From an uncultured Candidatus Saccharibacteria bacterium (lineage in GTDB: Bacteria; Patescibacteriota; UBA1384; XYA2-FULL-43-10; 1-14-0-10-43-13): a stretch of DNA of 64,000 nucleotides. The stretch covers positions 1,924 through 65,923 of the forward strand of contig CAYOQP010000004.1 of assembly GCA_964406145.1 (NCBI GenBank), written 5' to 3'. This document shows positions 9,535 through 20,543 of this stretch, piece by piece. Position numbers and translations under genes: made by a program. Below the pieces are notes generated by a model, which was given only the letters and a program-made list of their open reading frames with translations, was not told the DNA's origin and did no database searches. Each line of letters opens with the position of its first letter. Position 1 is the first letter of the stretch.

Positions 9535-10671
9535 ATGCGTAAATTAGCTTACTGTTTGGCGATAATGTTCGCTTTGATTCCTATATCGGCAGTTGCCGCT
9601 GATTTTAGAGCAGAAGATTCTGGCCAAACAAATATTGCCAAGAGTGAAAATCCTCGAAATCTATATGTCGTAGGAGAGACAGTTTCTGTCGATGCCAATG
9701 TTTCAAAAGATCTAGTTGCGGCTGGCAGCGATGTCACCGTTAATGGCAATGTCGAGAATTCTTTGTTTGCGGTCGGATCAACTGTCACTGTTAATGGCAA
9801 TATTGGTTCAAACGCGCGACTGGCTGGAAGCTCTATAAACCTTAATGGTAGGGTTAAGGATGATTTTTTTGTAGGCGGAAGTTCAATTAACATTAACAAA
9901 GACTCTGAAATTGGCGGTGATTTGGTTGTTGCTGGCGGTTTGGTCAACATAAAAGGTCATATTTTTGGCAAAGTTTTAATTACTGGCGGAAATGTAACAA
10001 TCTCCGGACAAATTGATGGCAATGTTGAAGCCAAAGAAGTTGGCCAAGTTACTGTTCTAGACGGTGCTGTGATTAATGGAAAGCTTAGCTATAAGTCGAC
10101 AAAAGAAGCAAAGATTGCCAGCGGAGCAAAGATTGTTGGCGGCGTATCTTTTGATCAATCATCAAGCTCCTCAAAAATGATGGCTGCATCAGCGGTAACT
10201 ACTAGCGCATTACTATATAAGATATTAGGAATTCTAGTATTCCTGTTAATTTTGATTTATCTAATTCCTAAATTTACTGGTAAATTTGTTGAAGTAGCCT
10301 ACTCAAATTTTTGGAGTAATCTTGGCTGGGGATTTTTGGCGCTAGTCGCTGCGCCAATTGCTTTTATAATTTTATTAGTACTAACACTGACAGTTAGTCT
10401 AGCTTTTGCTTTGCTGTTCTTCTATATTGCCTTTGTTATCCTTTCGACGATATTTGCCGCACTTCTAATTGGCGCTGGCGCTTACAAGATGTTTAAGAAG
10501 GAAAAAGATTGGAGAATAGACTGGGCAACAGGGCTAATCGGGGCTATAGCTGTTACAATAATTTGGTTCTTACCTGTCGTTGGACCATTCGCAATGTTTG
10601 CTTTCTTTTTAATATCCCTCGGAACATTCGTGAGGATATCGGGAGACTTCATTAAAAACAATCGCAAATAA
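9535..10671 (+). CDS. secreted beta-helix-repeat protein with C-terminal multi-TM anchor (DUF4097 / bactofilin-like repeats)
   Basis: Signal peptide MRKLAYCLAIMFALIPISAVAA. There are about ten tandem ~18-aa repeats (V-x-V-NGN-V / GG-x-V-x-I). An S-rich linker and four to five TM helices follow. Confidence 0.5.
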   Translation: MRKLAYCLAIMFALIPISAVAADFRAEDSGQTNIAKSENPRNLYVVGETVSVDANVSKDLVAAGSDVTVNGNVENSLFAVGSTVTVNGNIGSNARLAGSSINLNGRVKDDFFVGGSSININKDSEIGGDLVVAGGLVNIKGHIFGKVLITGGNVTISGQIDGNVEAKEVGQVTVLDGAVINGKLSYKSTKEAKIASGAKIVGGVSFDQSSSSSKMMAASAVTTSALLYKILGILVFLLILIYLIPKFTGKFVEVAYSNFWSNLGWGFLALVAAPIAFIILLVLTLTVSLAFALLFFYIAFVILSTIFAALLIGAGAYKMFKKEKDWRIDWATGLIGAIAVTIIWFLPVVGPFAMFAFFLISLGTFVRISGDFIKNNRK

Positions 10672-10681
10672 GAGAAAAAAT

Positions 10682-10718
10682 AAGTGGACTGATCAGTCCA
10701 CTTATTTTTTTGTTTAAC
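10682..10718 (+). terminator. Rho-independent terminator
   Basis: Perfect 22-nt palindrome AAGTGGACTGA|TCAGTCCACTT followed by TTTTTTTG. Confidence 0.75.
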
Positions 10719-10770
10719 TGTTTTTAGACTTGCGGCGAGGTTGCGCGAATGATACTATAAGTACAAATAG

Positions 10771-12918
<2,148 letters not shown>

Positions 12919-12943
12919 TTTAATAATTAATTGATATAAAAAT

Positions 12944-15900
12944 ATGTCCGACGACCAAAACAACTTAGATAATCAAATTATTGAGCCGCAAGAGTCTAAA
13001 GAAGATTTAAATCTGGCCGATAATTTAGAAGATAGCTCACTGGAAAATGATGAAGTATCCAAAGAGCAGACTACATCCTTGGTTATGGTGCCAAGAAGCG
13101 ATATGTCCGACAAATCTATCACTCAGGACTCTTATTCACCAGAGGTTGGCCATTTAAAGCCTCGAGAACTTGTAATGGAAATGGAGACATCATATCTCGA
13201 TTATGCCATGAGTGTCATTGTCTCGCGTGCTTTGCCTGATGTCAGAGATGGTTTAAAGCCGGTTCACCGCCGAGTGCTATATGGTATGTACGAGACTGGT
13301 CTTCGTCACAATGTCAAATTTCGTAAATCTGCTAAGGTCGTCGGTGAAGTTATGGGTAATTATCACCCACATGGCGATACTGCGATCTATGATACATTGG
13401 TTCGTTTGGCTCAAGATTTCTCTATGAGATACCCTATGGTTGATGGTCAGGGCAACTTTGGCTCAATGGATGGCGATTCTGCAGCCGCTATGCGTTACAC
13501 GGAGTGTCGTATGACTGCCATTTCGGAAGAGATGCTATTGGATATTGATAAAGATACCGTCAACTGGCAAGACAACTATGATGGTACTACTCAAGAACCA
13601 GTTGTATTACCGGCTCGAGTACCTAATTTGTTGTTAAACGGTACGGTTGGTATTGCTGTTGGCATGGCAACAAATATCCCGCCACACAATCTAACCGAAA
13701 TTTGTAATGGCATAATTGAATTAATTGACAATCCAGAGGCCACCGTCGATGATCTTATGAAGCACATCAAGGGGCCAGATTTTCCAACTGGTGGCAATAT
13801 CTACAATACTGAAGATATAAAGATCGCTTATGCCGGTGGTAAGGGTAAAATCATGGTGCGGGCTAAGGCTGACATTGAAGAGGGCAAAAGAGGTTTTCGC
13901 ATTATCGTGACAGAGATACCATATCAGGTGAATAAGGCATCACTAATTGAAAAGATTGCTGATCTCGTTAAGGAAAAGCGAATTGAAGGCATCTCAGATA
14001 TTCGCGATGAATCAAGTCGTGTTGGTGTTCGGGTTGTTATTGAACTCAAGAGCAATTCTTATCCAAAGAAAATCCTAAATCGTCTTTATGAATTAACCCA
14101 GCTTCAAACTGCTTTTCATGTTAATATGTTGGCTCTTACTCCGGACATGGAGCCAGTCGTCATGACGTTAAAAGATGTTTTGGGCTACTATATAGAGCAC
14201 AGAAAAGAAGTAATTGAGCGCAGAACTCGTTTTGAGCTCAATAAAGCCGAGGATCGTGCTCACATCTTAGAGGGTTTGAAGATAGCCCTTGATCATATTG
14301 ATGAGGTTATTAACACAATTCGCGCTTCGGCCAACAAAGAAGATGCCAAGAAAAATTTGATGGTCAAGTTTGAGTTATCCGATCGTCAGGCAGACGCAAT
14401 ACTTGAGATGCGTTTAAGTGCCTTGGCCGCATTGGAACGTCAAAGAGTTGAAGACGAATACAATGAACTTTTAAAGCGCATTGCTTATCTTAAAGATATT
14501 CTCGACCATCCTGAGAAGATTTTGATTTTAATCAAAGAAGATCTTAAGTATTTAATTGATAAATATGGTGATGCCAGAAGAACGACAGTAGTTCCTCACG
14601 CTCTTGGAGATTTCAGTGCTGAAGATCTTATTCCTGACGAACAAGTTATAGTTTCTCTATCGCGTAGCAACTATATAAAGCGTCAAGAAGTTGACACTTA
14701 CCATAAACAAATCAGAGGTGGTGTTGGAGTTGTTGGTATGACAACCAAGGAAGAAGACATTGTCGACTTTCTTTCGTGTGCTAGGACGCATGATGATATT
14801 TATTTTTTTACCAATAAAGGCAGGGTTTTCAGAAGTAAGGTCTATGAGTTGCCTGCGACTTCTCGTCAATCCAAGGGCACACCGGTCGTAAACATTATTC
14901 AAATAGGTCAGGACGAAAAAGTAACTGCTATCTTGACTGTTCCGAAGGGCCAGAACGACAATAAATTCTTCATTATGGGCACGGTTTTTGGCCAAATAAA
15001 GAAAACAGAAATTGAAAAGTATGAAAATATCCGCAAAACAGGAATCATTGCCATGGGTCTCAAAAAGGGCGATGAACTCAAATGGGTTAAGGTATCCGGC
15101 GGTAAAGATGTTATTGTTGAGGTCTCTGAGAAGGGTCAAGCCATCTGCTATGCCGAAACAGACGTTAGACCGATGGGCCGAAGCGCATCTGGCGTCACTG
15201 GTATGAAATTGCGTTCCAATGACAAAGTAATGTCCTTGGATGTTGTTTCTGGCTCTAATTGGCCATATGAGCCAGAAAAGAAAAACCCCGTTGAGCCAGA
15301 CATGCTGATAGTTTTGGAAAATGGTTTCGGCAAAAGAACAATGTTGAAACATTTTCATATTCAAAAAAGAAGCGGAATGGGTATTAGAGCGGCAAATTGT
15401 ACTCCCAAGACAGGCAATGTTATTGGTATGCACATTGTTTATGGCGAAAAAGGCGATGTGGTTTTAGCATCACAAAAAGGCCAGTTCATTAGAATGGAAC
15501 TAAAAAATATAAAGAGACTCGGACGCGACACTCAAGGTGTAACGTTGATGAGACTTAGAGAGAACGACAAAGTTTCTTCGGTTGCTCTTATTTTGCCTGA
15601 TGAAACCATTAATGAACAACCCAAAATGGACTTTGACGACAACACGCCAAAACTTGAAAAGATAGAAAAAACTTTGCCCCAAAAAGATGAGCCAAAAAAG
15701 AAAATCTCTGTCGAGCCAGAGCTGAAAATTAATAATTACAAATCATCTGCAAATGATGAATCTGAAGAAAGTGTTAAAAAGCCGGCTGATTCTATTGTTA
15801 AAAAAGAAGTTGGACAGTCAATTATGGGCGATCACAAGCCAATTAATTCGATGCCAGGCAAAGCTGGGTTGAATGTGAAGTTTTATGACAACAAAATAGT

Positions 15901-15988
15901 TGTTGATAAAAGCGCTGATGGTATCAGTTCTAAAAAATCTGATTCAGTTATGAAGAAGGATGACAAAAACTATTGGGGCAAGGTTTAG
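12944..15988 (+). CDS. gyrA: DNA gyrase subunit A (with N- and C-terminal low-complexity extensions)
   Basis: YLDYAMSVIVSRALPDVRDGLKPVHRRVLY, catalytic Tyr region, QRD-rich beta-pinwheel repeats. 1014 aa. Confidence 0.95.
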   Translation: MSDDQNNLDNQIIEPQESKEDLNLADNLEDSSLENDEVSKEQTTSLVMVPRSDMSDKSITQDSYSPEVGHLKPRELVMEMETSYLDYAMSVIVSRALPDVRDGLKPVHRRVLYGMYETGLRHNVKFRKSAKVVGEVMGNYHPHGDTAIYDTLVRLAQDFSMRYPMVDGQGNFGSMDGDSAAAMRYTECRMTAISEEMLLDIDKDTVNWQDNYDGTTQEPVVLPARVPNLLLNGTVGIAVGMATNIPPHNLTEICNGIIELIDNPEATVDDLMKHIKGPDFPTGGNIYNTEDIKIAYAGGKGKIMVRAKADIEEGKRGFRIIVTEIPYQVNKASLIEKIADLVKEKRIEGISDIRDESSRVGVRVVIELKSNSYPKKILNRLYELTQLQTAFHVNMLALTPDMEPVVMTLKDVLGYYIEHRKEVIERRTRFELNKAEDRAHILEGLKIALDHIDEVINTIRASANKEDAKKNLMVKFELSDRQADAILEMRLSALAALERQRVEDEYNELLKRIAYLKDILDHPEKILILIKEDLKYLIDKYGDARRTTVVPHALGDFSAEDLIPDEQVIVSLSRSNYIKRQEVDTYHKQIRGGVGVVGMTTKEEDIVDFLSCARTHDDIYFFTNKGRVFRSKVYELPATSRQSKGTPVVNIIQIGQDEKVTAILTVPKGQNDNKFFIMGTVFGQIKKTEIEKYENIRKTGIIAMGLKKGDELKWVKVSGGKDVIVEVSEKGQAICYAETDVRPMGRSASGVTGMKLRSNDKVMSLDVVSGSNWPYEPEKKNPVEPDMLIVLENGFGKRTMLKHFHIQKRSGMGIRAANCTPKTGNVIGMHIVYGEKGDVVLASQKGQFIRMELKNIKRLGRDTQGVTLMRLRENDKVSSVALILPDETINEQPKMDFDDNTPKLEKIEKTLPQKDEPKKKISVEPELKINNYKSSANDESEESVKKPADSIVKKEVGQSIMGDHKPINSMPGKAGLNVKFYDNKIVVDKSADGISSKKSDSVMKKDDKNYWGKV

Positions 15989-16001
15989 CTAGTCTTTGTC
16001 A

Positions 16002-16030
16002 TTGTTCTTGGGCTTGACTTGTGGTATAAT
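16002..16030 (+). promoter_or_regulatory. candidate sigma70 promoter with extended -10 (TGgTATAAT) for infB
   Basis: TGG immediately 5' of TATAAT at 16025-16030. The -35 TTGTTC is weak, and the ATG at 16053 lies 23 nt downstream. Confidence 0.4.
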
Positions 16031-16052
16031 CAATCTTCATAAAGACTTAGGC

Positions 16053-17846
16053 ATGATAGAAATAAATAAAAAGACAATCGAAATACCAGAAGTAATCACC
16101 GTTAAGGCCTTTGCCGAGAAAGCTGGCCTGCCAGTTACGGCTGTAATTTCTGATCTCATCAAAAATGGTGTTCTAGCTTCAATTAATGAAACGATTGATT
16201 TCGAAACAGCCTCTATCATCGGTGATGATTTAAATATTAACGTTGTTTTGGAAGAAGAGACAAAAAAATCTCAGCTTACAGCCAAAGAGGATAAAAAAAC
16301 CGAAGAAAAAGATCTAGTTGGCCGTCCGCCGGTTGTTACTATTATGGGCCACGTTGATCATGGCAAAACTTCTCTGTTGGATAGAATTAGAGAAGAGCAT
16401 GTCGCCGAAGGTGAGTCTGGTGGGATTACACAACACATTTCTGTGTATCAGGTCACACTTTCTCATACAAAAAATAAAGATATTAAAAACAAGACCATTA
16501 CTTTTATTGATACTCCTGGTCATGCCGCTTTTTCAGCTATGAGAGAGCATGGTGCTGCCATCACTGACATAGTCGTTCTGATTGTTGCTGCTAATGATGG
16601 TGTTATGCCTCAAACAATTGAGGTAATTAATCAAGCCAAAAGCCAAAATGTTCCAATCATAGTTGCGATTAATAAAGTTGATCTTCCTGATGCTGACCAA
16701 ATGCGCGTCAAACAACAACTCTCCGAATATGAACTAGTTCCAGAAGATTGGGGTGGCAAAACAATTATGGTCGAAATATCAGCCAAAACTGGACAAGGAG
16801 TCGACGATCTACTAGAGATGATACTCCTTCAAGCTGAGATGATGGATCTTAAGGCTAATCCTGCTGAAGAGGCGATAGGCATTGTAATTGAGTCACATAT
16901 GCAAAAAGGTGCTGGTCCGATGGCTGTTGTTTTGATTGAAAATGGAACACTCAAACGCGGTGAACCGATTGCAATTGGTTCTTCTTATGGCAAGGTCAGA
17001 ATTCTAGAAGATTTCAGAAGCAAGTCTATAGATAGCGCCGGACCAAGCACACCGGTCAGAATTGCCGGACTGAAATCAATGCCAGATTTTGGAGACAGGT
17101 TACTAGCTTTTTCTAGCGAAAAAGAGGCTAGAGACAATGCTATAATGTCTGAAAAAAATCATCCTTCGATTAAGATTGCTACGGCCAAGAGGATCTCCAA
17201 TGATAACGAAGATGGTGAAAAAAATGAGAAAAAAGAACTTAATTTAATTATAAAAGCTGATGTTGCTGGTTCTCTTGAGGCTATTAAAAAATCGCTCGAA
17301 GAAATCAACAATAATGAATATGGTATGAAGATCATTGCAGAAGGGGTTGGTGCAATTTCTGATTCCGATGTAACATTGGCTCAAGCTACAAACGCTGAAG
17401 TTCTCGGTTTTCGCGTTAATATTTTCGGTGCCGCCAAAAGAATTGCCGAAAAAGAGAATATTAAAACCAAGATTTTCCAAGTCATCTATGAACTAATTGA
17501 CTATTCGAAGGAGGAATTAGCATCTATTTTACCTCCTGAAATAATTGAAGAAGAATTAGGTCATGGTAAAATCCTGGCAATTTTCAGAGACGACAAAAAA
17601 GGCTTTGTTACTGGTGGCGCAATTGAAAGTGGTAAGGTCGCTGTTGGCGATGAGATCAAATTTCTACAAAATAAAAATGAAAAATATCGTTCAAAAATTC
17701 TTTCATTAAGACGGGAAAAATCAGAAGTTAAAGAATGTGAATCAGGTACAGAGTGTGGCTTTTCATTGGCTCCGGGAGGCAACATTGCTGTTGGAGACAC
17801 TTTTATTACCTTTAAGACGATTACTAAAAAAAGAGAGATAGTCTAG
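16053..17846 (+). CDS. infB: translation initiation factor IF-2
   Basis: MIEINKK start, G-domain [17 protein letters not shown] / DTPGHAAF / NKVD, C-terminal beta-barrel domains. The ORF-track TTG at 15996 lies upstream of the promoter and is rejected. Confidence 0.9.
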   Translation: MIEINKKTIEIPEVITVKAFAEKAGLPVTAVISDLIKNGVLASINETIDFETASIIGDDLNINVVLEEETKKSQLTAKEDKKTEEKDLVGRPPVVTIMGHVDHGKTSLLDRIREEHVAEGESGGITQHISVYQVTLSHTKNKDIKNKTITFIDTPGHAAFSAMREHGAAITDIVVLIVAANDGVMPQTIEVINQAKSQNVPIIVAINKVDLPDADQMRVKQQLSEYELVPEDWGGKTIMVEISAKTGQGVDDLLEMILLQAEMMDLKANPAEEAIGIVIESHMQKGAGPMAVVLIENGTLKRGEPIAIGSSYGKVRILEDFRSKSIDSAGPSTPVRIAGLKSMPDFGDRLLAFSSEKEARDNAIMSEKNHPSIKIATAKRISNDNEDGEKNEKKELNLIIKADVAGSLEAIKKSLEEINNNEYGMKIIAEGVGAISDSDVTLAQATNAEVLGFRVNIFGAAKRIAEKENIKTKIFQVIYELIDYSKEELASILPPEIIEEELGHGKILAIFRDDKKGFVTGGAIESGKVAVGDEIKFLQNKNEKYRSKILSLRREKSEVKECESGTECGFSLAPGGNIAVGDTFITFKTITKKREIV

Positions 17847-17875
17847 TTGACACGATAATTCATTTATGTTATCAT
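17847..17875 (+). promoter_or_regulatory. candidate sigma70 promoter (TTGACA-17-TATCAT)
   Basis: Consensus -35 with a 17-nt spacer, directly after the infB stop and ~95 nt upstream of the RRM gene. Confidence 0.45.
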
Positions 17876-17969
17876 TAATAAGCTTAGTAACTCGCCTCGT
17901 TCTAATTGGAAATGAATCGGCCGAGAAAATAAGATAAGGTCGATTTTTTAATAAGTTGTAAGGAAAACA

Positions 17970-18290
17970 ATGGAAGAGCAGAAAAACAAACTCTTTGTTA
18001 GCAATCTTGCTTATAGCGTCACTGATGACATGCTTTTGGATATCTTTGCTGGTATCGAAGGTGTAGAAGTCGTTGAAGCTAAAGTTATCGTTGACAAATT
18101 CAACGACGGTAGATCTAAAGGTTTCGGTTTCGTAACCTTGGCTACTGACGAGATGGCTGAAATCGCTATCAAAGAGATGAACGGCAAAGAAGTCGAAGGC
18201 CGTGCAATCTTCGTTAACGTCGCCAGACCACAAGAGAAGAGAGATAATTTCAATCGTGGTGGAAGCAATACTAGACGATCATTCAGATAA
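17970..18290 (+). CDS. RRM (RNP-1/RNP-2) type RNA-binding protein
   Basis: RNP-2 LFVSNL and RNP-1 KGFGFVTL, followed by a short RGG-like tail. Confidence 0.75.
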   Translation: MEEQKNKLFVSNLAYSVTDDMLLDIFAGIEGVEVVEAKVIVDKFNDGRSKGFGFVTLATDEMAEIAIKEMNGKEVEGRAIFVNVARPQEKRDNFNRGGSNTRRSFR

Positions 18291-18310
18291 GAAATATATC
18301 TACAAAACAA

Positions 18311-18340
18311 AAAAGAGCCATCTTGGCTCTTTTTTGTTTT
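18311..18340 (+). terminator. Rho-independent terminator
   Basis: AAGAGCCA-tct-TGGCTCTT stem followed by TTTTTTGTTTTG. Confidence 0.8.
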
Positions 18341-18348
18341 GTTAAGAT

Positions 18349-18376
18349 TTTGACTGAAATATAAATTGAGTTATAA
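18349..18376 (+). promoter_or_regulatory. candidate sigma70 promoter (TTGACT-16-TATAAT) for cdaA-cdaR
   Basis: Near-consensus hexamers ~33 nt upstream of the cdaA GTG start. Confidence 0.5.
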
Positions 18377-18408
18377 TATAAAAAACGAATTAATTCGGTA
18401 GGGGTTTT

Positions 18409-19230
18409 GTGGAATCAGTGCTAAGTGGAAAAATTCTGGGAGTTTCTACCAAGTCTTTTTATTTTATTGACAATATTAAGACTGTTTCGGGGCCGGTTCT
18501 GGCTTTGGATATATTTCTTGTAGCAATAATATTTTACTGGATTTATCTCTTTTTAAGAGAAACAAGGGCCATGAGAATACTCTATGGTCTTTTTCTGCTA
18601 TTTGCGGTCATGGCACTTGGTAAACTTCTTGATCTTGCTCTTCTCAATTGGATTTTGAAATATTTTGCCGCAATCTTGGTTGTTGCTATACCGGTCGTGT
18701 TTCAGCCAGAATTACGAGCTGCCTTGGAAAAATTAGGCCGAGCTAGAATTATTAATGACCTATCCTTTAGTAAGGAACGCTTTGGTAGGGTTATTGATGA
18801 AGTTGTCCAAGCTTCGGTTATCTTATCTCAAAATAAAATTGGTGGTTTGATTATTTTGCAGCGTCAGACCGGTCTTCGAGAATATATTGAGAATGGCACA
18901 GCGATAGATGCATCGGTGTCAAAAGAACTATTGATGTCAATATTTTTTCCTCGTTCGCCATTGCACGACGGGGCTGTCATTATTGTCGGTGACAGAATTG
19001 TCTCGGCAAGATCAATATTACCGGTATCGGCCGCACAAATTGGTTCGGATATGGGCACCCGACATAAAGCAGCTATTGGTATTACCGAAAACTCTGATGC
19101 CATTTCGGTTGTTATCTCTGAGGAAACCGGCTCTATTTCTTTGGCGGTTGGTGGAAAAATTGAACGTCGTATTTCTGAAGAGCGTCTCAAGAATAGGCTC
19201 TCGGGGTTATTGAGACAGAATAAGGGCTAA
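18409..19230 (+). CDS. cdaA: diadenylate cyclase CdaA (DisA_N domain; c-di-AMP synthase)
   Basis: GTG start, three N-terminal TM helices, then the DAC domain with LHDGAVII...RIVSARSILPVS...GTRHKAAIGITENSDAISVVISEETGSIS. Confidence 0.85.
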   Translation: MESVLSGKILGVSTKSFYFIDNIKTVSGPVLALDIFLVAIIFYWIYLFLRETRAMRILYGLFLLFAVMALGKLLDLALLNWILKYFAAILVVAIPVVFQPELRAALEKLGRARIINDLSFSKERFGRVIDEVVQASVILSQNKIGGLIILQRQTGLREYIENGTAIDASVSKELLMSIFFPRSPLHDGAVIIVGDRIVSARSILPVSAAQIGSDMGTRHKAAIGITENSDAISVVISEETGSISLAVGGKIERRISEERLKNRLSGLLRQNKG

Positions 19231-19231
19231 A

Positions 19232-20458
19232 ATGATTTTTAAGAATATATTAAAAGCAATCTTTCGAAACTGGCCAATCAAGCTTCTTTGTATCTTGGCT
19301 TCTGCTAGCCTTTGGTTTTATGTTACTTCTAGTCAGAACACCATCGCTAAATTTCCTGGTAGTTTAAATATAAGAACGGCGAATATATCTACAAATCTTG
19401 TGGCAATATATGATGTTAAAACAGTTGAAGTCAAAGTTATGGCCGAGCCATCTGTCTGGCAGAAACTTTCAGCAGAATCATTCTCGGCCAGTATTGATCT
19501 TTCTGGTGTTTCGGCTGGAACCCACGAAGTTCCTGTCAATGTTACTACTTCAATACCTGGTGTTCAAATAATTGAAAAAACCCCGGACAAAATATTGGTT
19601 ACTCTGGAGCCGGTTATTTCGAAAGATGTTAGCATAGCAAAAAAAATTGAAGGTGGCTCTGCCGAAGGCATGGTTCCTGGCAATATAACCTTTTCTCCCG
19701 ACAGGGTTCGGATTAAGGGTGGTCAAAGCGCTATAGATAATATTTCAGAAGCTACAGCAGTGATTTCATTAAATGGTGAAGGTGAGAATTTCAAGAGAAA
19801 TATTTCGCTAATTGTTCTAAATGATTCTGGCGAAGAGATGAAGGATGTCGAAATTTGGCCCAACGAAGTTGAAGCAGACGTTTCCATCGTCAAAGGGTCA
19901 AACGTTAAAACAGTTGGAATCAAGGTGAAGATTATTGGATCTCCGAAAGAAAATTACTACGTGTCAGATGTTACTTCTATGCCTGGTGCGGTTGATATTA
20001 GCGGAATTAGAGACATTGTTGTCAATACTAAATATCTAGAAACGCAATCAATAGATATTTCTGGGGTTAGCACTGATATTGAGAGAGATATAGCCCTGAG
20101 CGCTCCAGACGGCATTACCATTCTTGGTAACAGCTCTGCTAAAGTTCATGTTATAATCAACATATCTTCATTTGAAATATCCAGAAGTTTTGATGTTTCA
20201 AATTATAAAATACTAAATTCTAATATTCAGGTCGCTTCCTTTGACCCAACTACGGTTAAAGTTGTTTGCGAAGGCCTGCCTAATATTCTTGGAACTTTAA
20301 CCAAAGATAACTTTTCTATAGATCTAAATTTAATTGGCAAAACCCCGGACCCTAATGGCGAGATTAATGTAGCTATAGTTCCCGAAAATGTACATGCCGT
20401 TGACGGAGTTACAATTATTTCGGTTGAGCCAAACACTATAAAAATCAAGTCAAAATAG
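19232..20458 (+). CDS. cdaR: CdaA regulatory protein CdaR (YbbR-like repeat protein)
   Basis: Lies immediately downstream of cdaA with a 1-nt gap, has an N-terminal TM helix and repeated YbbR-like beta domains. Confidence 0.7.
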   Translation: MIFKNILKAIFRNWPIKLLCILASASLWFYVTSSQNTIAKFPGSLNIRTANISTNLVAIYDVKTVEVKVMAEPSVWQKLSAESFSASIDLSGVSAGTHEVPVNVTTSIPGVQIIEKTPDKILVTLEPVISKDVSIAKKIEGGSAEGMVPGNITFSPDRVRIKGGQSAIDNISEATAVISLNGEGENFKRNISLIVLNDSGEEMKDVEIWPNEVEADVSIVKGSNVKTVGIKVKIIGSPKENYYVSDVTSMPGAVDISGIRDIVVNTKYLETQSIDISGVSTDIERDIALSAPDGITILGNSSAKVHVIINISSFEISRSFDVSNYKILNSNIQVASFDPTTVKVVCEGLPNILGTLTKDNFSIDLNLIGKTPDPNGEINVAIVPENVHAVDGVTIISVEPNTIKIKSK

Positions 20459-20543
20459 GCACTTTTGTGACCAAAAGACTTGACTTTGAAATTGGTAGTG
20501 ATAAACTATTAAACTGTATTGTGAAAAGCAATACACAATTATT

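Noticed and set aside
14657-15433. 258-aa minus-strand ORF
   Set aside because: It is entirely antisense to the conserved gyrA C-terminal domain and has no motifs. It is a spurious frame.
15996-16052. TTG-initiated N-terminal extension of infB (MSLFLGLTCGIINLHKDLG…)
   Set aside because: It lies upstream of or overlaps the candidate extended -10 promoter. The ATG at 16053 (MIEINKK…) matches IF-2 N-termini better.
17763-18233. 156-aa minus-strand ORF overlapping the infB end, a promoter and the RRM gene
   Set aside because: It is antisense to a well-supported RRM CDS and its promoter and terminator. There is no RBS or motif.
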